A DNA stretch of 64,000 bases from Patescibacteria group bacterium (GTDB lineage: Bacteria; Patescibacteriota; Microgenomatia; UBA1400; PJMF01), in assembly GCA_016861205.1 (NCBI GenBank), contig BOKX01000001.1, positions 392,539 through 456,538 of the forward strand, given 5' to 3'. Of the stretch, positions 60,065 to 64,000 are shown piece by piece. Below the pieces are notes generated by a model, which saw only the letters and a list, made by a program, of their open reading frames with translations, was not told the origin of the DNA and did not search any database. Numbering within the stretch: the stretch's first letter is position 1; every line of letters begins with the position of its first letter. A program made the translations under genes and the position numbers.

Positions 60065-61369
60065 TTACTTCTTGAACAGTTTGTAGGCGCTAAATCCGAA
60101 CAAGCCCAACCCAGCTAAAACAGCCACCGCGGCCAAAATTGTCCGGACTGGACCAGCGCCGCCGGCTTGGGCCTTAGGTGATGGTAATGGTGTCAATAAT
60201 CGTGGTGAGGCAGTCGCCTTGGGTGAACTTGAAGCACGAGGTGTGGCACTCACTGTGGCAGATGGCCGGGCACTAACCGTGGCTGTGGCGCGTGGACTTG
60301 GTGTTGGCGTCACCACCACGGCCACCACTCTCGGTGTGGGAGTAGGCGTTACCCGGGTGGTGCTACCGGTACCACCAGTGCCACTACTACCCTTGCTAGC
60401 AGAAGTGGTTGTTTTGGGGCTCGGACTTGGCAAGTTTGCACAACTTGAACTGGTGACGTTCTTGGGATTGCGGCATTGGTTAAAGTAACATACGAACTGG
60501 CTTTGGCATTCTCGGCCGTCGGCACAGTACTGATTGCAACTACGTTGAAGACCATTGTCTTTCAATTTACTACAGTTGGCATCTTCTAGGTCATCCTTGT
60601 GTCGGCATTGACCTTTGTAACAACGCAGCGCTGACTGGCACTCGGTGTCTGTGGCACAGTTTTGATTACAAGTCTTCTTAGAACTATCTGGATCGCTACT
60701 GGCTGCCGGAGTGACTGTGAAGGTTTGGTTACCTGGCAATTCAAGTACCGCTTCTGCGGCTGACAAGGCCGGCACTAAGGTCGTGTTGGCCAACTTAAAG
60801 GTCACCCCACTACTGGGCGGGTTGCTGACAGTGAATGTGGCCACGACTTGGTCAGCGTTACGGGTACTGACTAACTGACTTGGGTTTGGTGGGGCAAAGG
60901 AAGTCACTAAAAAGTCGGTGGCTTGGCCAGATTGATCATTCAAGTCTTTGGCTACTTCCTGTAAACCAAGTGGATTGGAGGTGGAAACTACGACACTGGG
61001 CGATTTAACACCTTCAATCGTGCCATGAAGTTCCACACCAGCAATGTTGAAACTTTTACTATTCAACAACACTTCTACCACAATTTTGCCGTCGTCAGTC
61101 CGACCACGCCATTTGAGGGTCATTGTGTTCTCCGGTGCAGCAGCCTGCTCTCGCACTTCTTGCGGTTGTCGTAACACGGTAGTCGCGACACCCAAACTGA
61201 CCCCAATCATCAGCAACAAACCACCAACGACAACTGGCCATCGTTTAGTGAGATTAGTTTTGGGGGTTGGCTTTTGTGATTGGCTCACTGGCGTCTGAGC
61301 GTTAGGAGCTAAACGGGAATTACGAGCTGGCACCGACTCATCACCAGACTCGGGCAATCGGGCTGACAT
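60065..61369 (-). CDS. Surface protein: TM, cohesin-like domain, two Cys-rich repeats, Pro/Thr/Ser linker, C-terminal TM
   Basis: Q.VREQAA after the TM; VVEVLLNS..NIAGVEL; C.Q.C....EC.S...CY..QCR twice. Confidence 0.7.
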   Translation of the reverse strand: MSARLPESGDESVPARNSRLAPNAQTPVSQSQKPTPKTNLTKRWPVVVGGLLLMIGVSLGVATTVLRQPQEVREQAAAPENTMTLKWRGRTDDGKIVVEVLLNSKSFNIAGVELHGTIEGVKSPSVVVSTSNPLGLQEVAKDLNDQSGQATDFLVTSFAPPNPSQLVSTRNADQVVATFTVSNPPSSGVTFKLANTTLVPALSAAEAVLELPGNQTFTVTPAASSDPDSSKKTCNQNCATDTECQSALRCYKGQCRHKDDLEDANCSKLKDNGLQRSCNQYCADGRECQSQFVCYFNQCRNPKNVTSSSCANLPSPSPKTTTSASKGSSGTGGTGSTTRVTPTPTPRVVAVVVTPTPSPRATATVSARPSATVSATPRASSSPKATASPRLLTPLPSPKAQAGGAGPVRTILAAVAVLAGLGLFGFSAYKLFKK

Positions 61370-61415
61370 AGTTGGTAGTTGTGAGAAGTTAGCTTTGGTA
61401 CCCATACCGTGACTT

Positions 61416-62333
61416 CTACTGCACAAATTTCAAGTACTCTTCCAAAAAGAGCTTGTAGTCATTGATATCAACTTTGCCGTCTTTGTTGAGGTCGGCGACC
61501 GAGCCAGCTCCAGGTGTTGGTGACACCGACTGATCTTTTGTGTAGGTACACTGTGCATTCACATTGGTGGCTGTGGCACAGGTAGTCCCGATACATGGGT
61601 TACATTGAACCTGTAAGAATGGTGAAACTTCCAGCTCAGCTGATAGATTACCGCTGGCCACCGCTAAAGGTTGCATCCCCTCACTGGTGCTACGACGATA
61701 AGCAAAGAAATAACTGGTCGCGTTACTGGGCCCGTTACAGCGGAACTGGATACGAGTGCCGACGGTGGGCGTTTTATTGCCATCAATCGAAATTGAGTTA
61801 CACGTACTGACCGTGGCGGCTGGTGTCGGAGTCACCTGCGCAGCTGGCGTAGGAGTGACTTGGGCTGCTGGAGTGGGTGTAACTTGGGCTGTGGCTGCTA
61901 CAGTAAAAGTATCACTGTCGGCACAACTGTTGGCACTGTTCGCACAGCGGAAAGTGTAGGTACCCGCTTGTGTTAAGCGATAGTCGCGCAAAGTGTTGCC
62001 CCAACTCGATTGGGTGAGGTTAACAGTTTGGCCTTGTGGGGTGACAACAGTCGCAGTGATCCGCCCAGTGCTCAGCAAACTAACGGTGCCATTACTGGCA
62101 GTCATGAAACAGTTCACATCAATAAAGCTATTCTGGGCTGGCGCGAAAACTGCCCCATGGACCCATGGTGTTTCAGCAGCGGCCGACTGGCGGAACTGAG
62201 TGTTGACCGTGCCTGAACTACAGGCAGTTTGAGCCTGAACAGGCGTCACAAATGGCGCGGTGGCTCGAACAATCAGGGCAAAGACCCCGACAACTAACAG
62301 ACACAACGCAAGTTTGGCAACTTTCATACGCAT
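61416..62333 (-). CDS. Secreted Cys-containing protein with Pro/Thr repeats and C-terminal dockerin/EF-hand motif
   Basis: Signal peptide; AQVTPTPA x3; ADLNKDGKVDINDYKLFLEEY. Confidence 0.78.
   Translation of the reverse strand: MRMKVAKLALCLLVVGVFALIVRATAPFVTPVQAQTACSSGTVNTQFRQSAAAETPWVHGAVFAPAQNSFIDVNCFMTASNGTVSLLSTGRITATVVTPQGQTVNLTQSSWGNTLRDYRLTQAGTYTFRCANSANSCADSDTFTVAATAQVTPTPAAQVTPTPAAQVTPTPAATVSTCNSISIDGNKTPTVGTRIQFRCNGPSNATSYFFAYRRSTSEGMQPLAVASGNLSAELEVSPFLQVQCNPCIGTTCATATNVNAQCTYTKDQSVSPTPGAGSVADLNKDGKVDINDYKLFLEEYLKFVQ
61819..61890 (-). repeat. Three tandem 24-nt coding repeats (AQVTPTPA)
   Basis: Identical peptide with synonymously diverged codons. Confidence 0.8.
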
Positions 62334-62399
62334 ACCTCATTGTGCCGAAGTTTCACTGGTGGTGCAAGCGGGAGTTGCGTGAGTGAGACGTAGACTGGC

Positions 62400-63380
62400 T
62401 TAGCGTTCTCGCTTGAACTGAGCCAAGTTGGGATCGGCCAGGAGAGCTTCGATGGCAAACTCAGCATCTCGGCGAAGAATAAAGTAGTAGGTTTGAGTGC
62501 CACTTGCTACAGACTGCTCCCGAGTTCCCAAAGGTACACCCGCCGAGCGCAGTGCTTGAGCCACTGTTTTGACATCCCGGCTACTAATGTTGAGAACAGG
62601 TCGAACTAAGGAAGACACGTCGATCAAGATAGGCCGTAAACTGTTGGCATCTGCCAACAGCGTACGACGAGTCACCTTGTTCAACAGAGCTTGGGCTTCT
62701 TCGTCAGTGCGCGATCGACGGAGTTGCCGCATCACTTGCAGCTGTTCAGATTTATTGGTGTGGGCCCGAGTCAGAGGTAAAAGGTCTTTATCAGGTCCCA
62801 GCAGGAGCCGGAACTTACTTCGCTGTTGGCTGGTTATGTTGCCATTATGGATTTCGCCAGATTTTATTTTGCCGATCAGGGCCAACCGATCTTGCATTTG
62901 CTGCGGGTTAAGCACCCACTGTTGTCGAACCACACTCAGTTGCTCACGAGGCCAGCTGGCCTTAATTTCCTCTGGCGCATTCCGCCACAACCAACCCATG
63001 ACCATTTTAATTTGCAGTTCGACTGTTTGTCTCGATACTCCCACTCGCTCGGCAATCTCAGCTTTTTGCTTAAAACCAAAAAAGTGCAGACACAGCACTT
63101 CTAAGTACACCTGCCACCGCTGCTGAGGAGGCACGAGGTTACCAATTTGCTCTCCCCACTCACGGGGAGTAATCAGGCGTTGCTGCCGCTTACGATCAAG
63201 AGTCGCAATCCCGTTTTGGTACTCACGAGTCAGCTGAATAGGCACTTTGTCGAGCAAACCCGACTCCACATACCACAAGATAAAACTAACTAGTGGCTCC
63301 GAAAACCCCACCATGCTCTCGCGCAAACTGTCAGGATGAATTGCCGGTTGGTACCCAGCCGGTGGCAGTGATTCTGGCAT
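62400..63380 (-). CDS. Hypothetical protein with central sigma70-region-4-like HTH
   Basis: KQKAEIAERVGVSRQTVELQIK; upstream TGATATAAT. Confidence 0.65.
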   Translation of the reverse strand: MPESLPPAGYQPAIHPDSLRESMVGFSEPLVSFILWYVESGLLDKVPIQLTREYQNGIATLDRKRQQRLITPREWGEQIGNLVPPQQRWQVYLEVLCLHFFGFKQKAEIAERVGVSRQTVELQIKMVMGWLWRNAPEEIKASWPREQLSVVRQQWVLNPQQMQDRLALIGKIKSGEIHNGNITSQQRSKFRLLLGPDKDLLPLTRAHTNKSEQLQVMRQLRRSRTDEEAQALLNKVTRRTLLADANSLRPILIDVSSLVRPVLNISSRDVKTVAQALRSAGVPLGTREQSVASGTQTYYFILRRDAEFAIEALLADPNLAQFKRER

Positions 63381-63435
63381 AACTTGAGTGGCCGGATTAT
63401 ATCAAAGTCACTCATAGCAGCTGGTATACTGAGAT

Positions 63436-64000
63436 ATGTCTGACTCTCACCTCGTATCAGTTTGTGAACGCTTAGCCCGGCAAGGCGGCCAGCGAGCCTG
63501 GCAGGCGTTTACCACTGGCACCATCAGTAGCACTCAAAAAGTTGATTCCAGTTTAGTCACTGAGTGGGATCAAAATATCGAACGCGAACTCATTGCTCAG
63601 CTCGAAGCCGAGTTCCCCGACCACTCCATCATTGGCGAAGAACTACCTCCTAAAGTTGGCTCGGGTGAGTACACCTGGTACCTCGATCCAATCGATGGCA
63701 CCAGCAACTTCAGCGCGGATGTACCACTATTTTGCTGCATGGTCTGTGTTACCAAAGGGGACCAAGTGGTGGCCGCCAGCATCTACATTCCGGCATCGCA
63801 AAAACAGTACACTGCCAGCAGTGATAGCCCCACCACCGTGAATGGTCAGCCATTTACCCCGCCGCCACTCCAACCTCAAGCCCAGCAAACCCTGTTGTTA
63901 GAAGGCGGCCGGACCGCTCAGGCCAAAGCCAAAGTTAGCCACTTGGCTGGGTTACTCAGTCAGTTTCGCTCACTGCGTAAGTTTGGCACGGTGTGCGGTG
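63436..64000 (+). CDS. Inositol monophosphatase family protein (3'-truncated; absent from ORF track)
   Basis: Manual translation: LVTEWD..IE, FPDHSIIGEE, WYLDPIDGTSNF. Confidence 0.92.
   Translation, partial: MSDSHLVSVCERLARQGGQRAWQAFTTGTISSTQKVDSSLVTEWDQNIERELIAQLEAEFPDHSIIGEELPPKVGSGEYTWYLDPIDGTSNFSADVPLFCCMVCVTKGDQVVAASIYIPASQKQYTASSDSPTTVNGQPFTPPPLQPQAQQTLLLEGGRTAQAKAKVSHLAGLLSQFRSLRKFGTVCG

Noticed and set aside
62569-63126. 185-aa plus-strand ORF (and the many other 60-160 aa antisense or nested ORFs in the track)
   Set aside because: Shadows of well-supported genes, with no motifs or initiation signals.
1-64000. CRISPR arrays, rRNA, prophage or alternative genetic code
   Set aside because: No regularly spaced repeats, rRNA or phage genes seen; conserved genes are full length under code 11 and some (e.g. 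secD) end in TGA.

Overview
64 kb of bacterial chromosome read with genetic code 11, with most genes on the minus strand. Gene content suggests a Patescibacteria/CPR organism, probably Microgenomates (inference): many GT-C glycosyltransferases, a GAD-less AspRS, an ADP-forming acetate-CoA ligase, cohesin/dockerin-like surface proteins and no amino-acid biosynthesis genes in view. Layout: 1-20 kb is an 18-gene envelope glycosylation cluster. 20-30 kb holds an orphan OmpR-family regulator, tRNA-Gln(CTG), a ProX-type deacylase, glgP, an aminopeptidase, rdgB, ybaB, dnaX, ybeY and gltX. 30.3-35.8 kb is a visibly AT-richer 1859-aa protein with two complete HSP90-like GHKL modules and a C-terminal HExxH..H motif. 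36-59 kb is mostly housekeeping (DD-carboxypeptidase, aspS, recJ, cca, P-type ATPase, secDF, rseP, frr, rfbA, CAP protein, acetate-CoA ligase). 59.5-64 kb holds a MITE, a cohesin-like/dockerin gene pair, a sigma-region-4-like HTH protein and a truncated inositol monophosphatase. The most notable items are the tandem-GHKL/metalloprotease giant protein and one ~430-bp intergenic region with two back-to-back RNA switches: an atypical T-box upstream of aspS, and a His/Thr leader-peptide attenuator upstream of an unknown two-gene operon. Also notable are a 161-bp MITE with a TTA target duplication and widespread leaderless-type promoters. All calls come from reading the sequence by eye; no searches were run.
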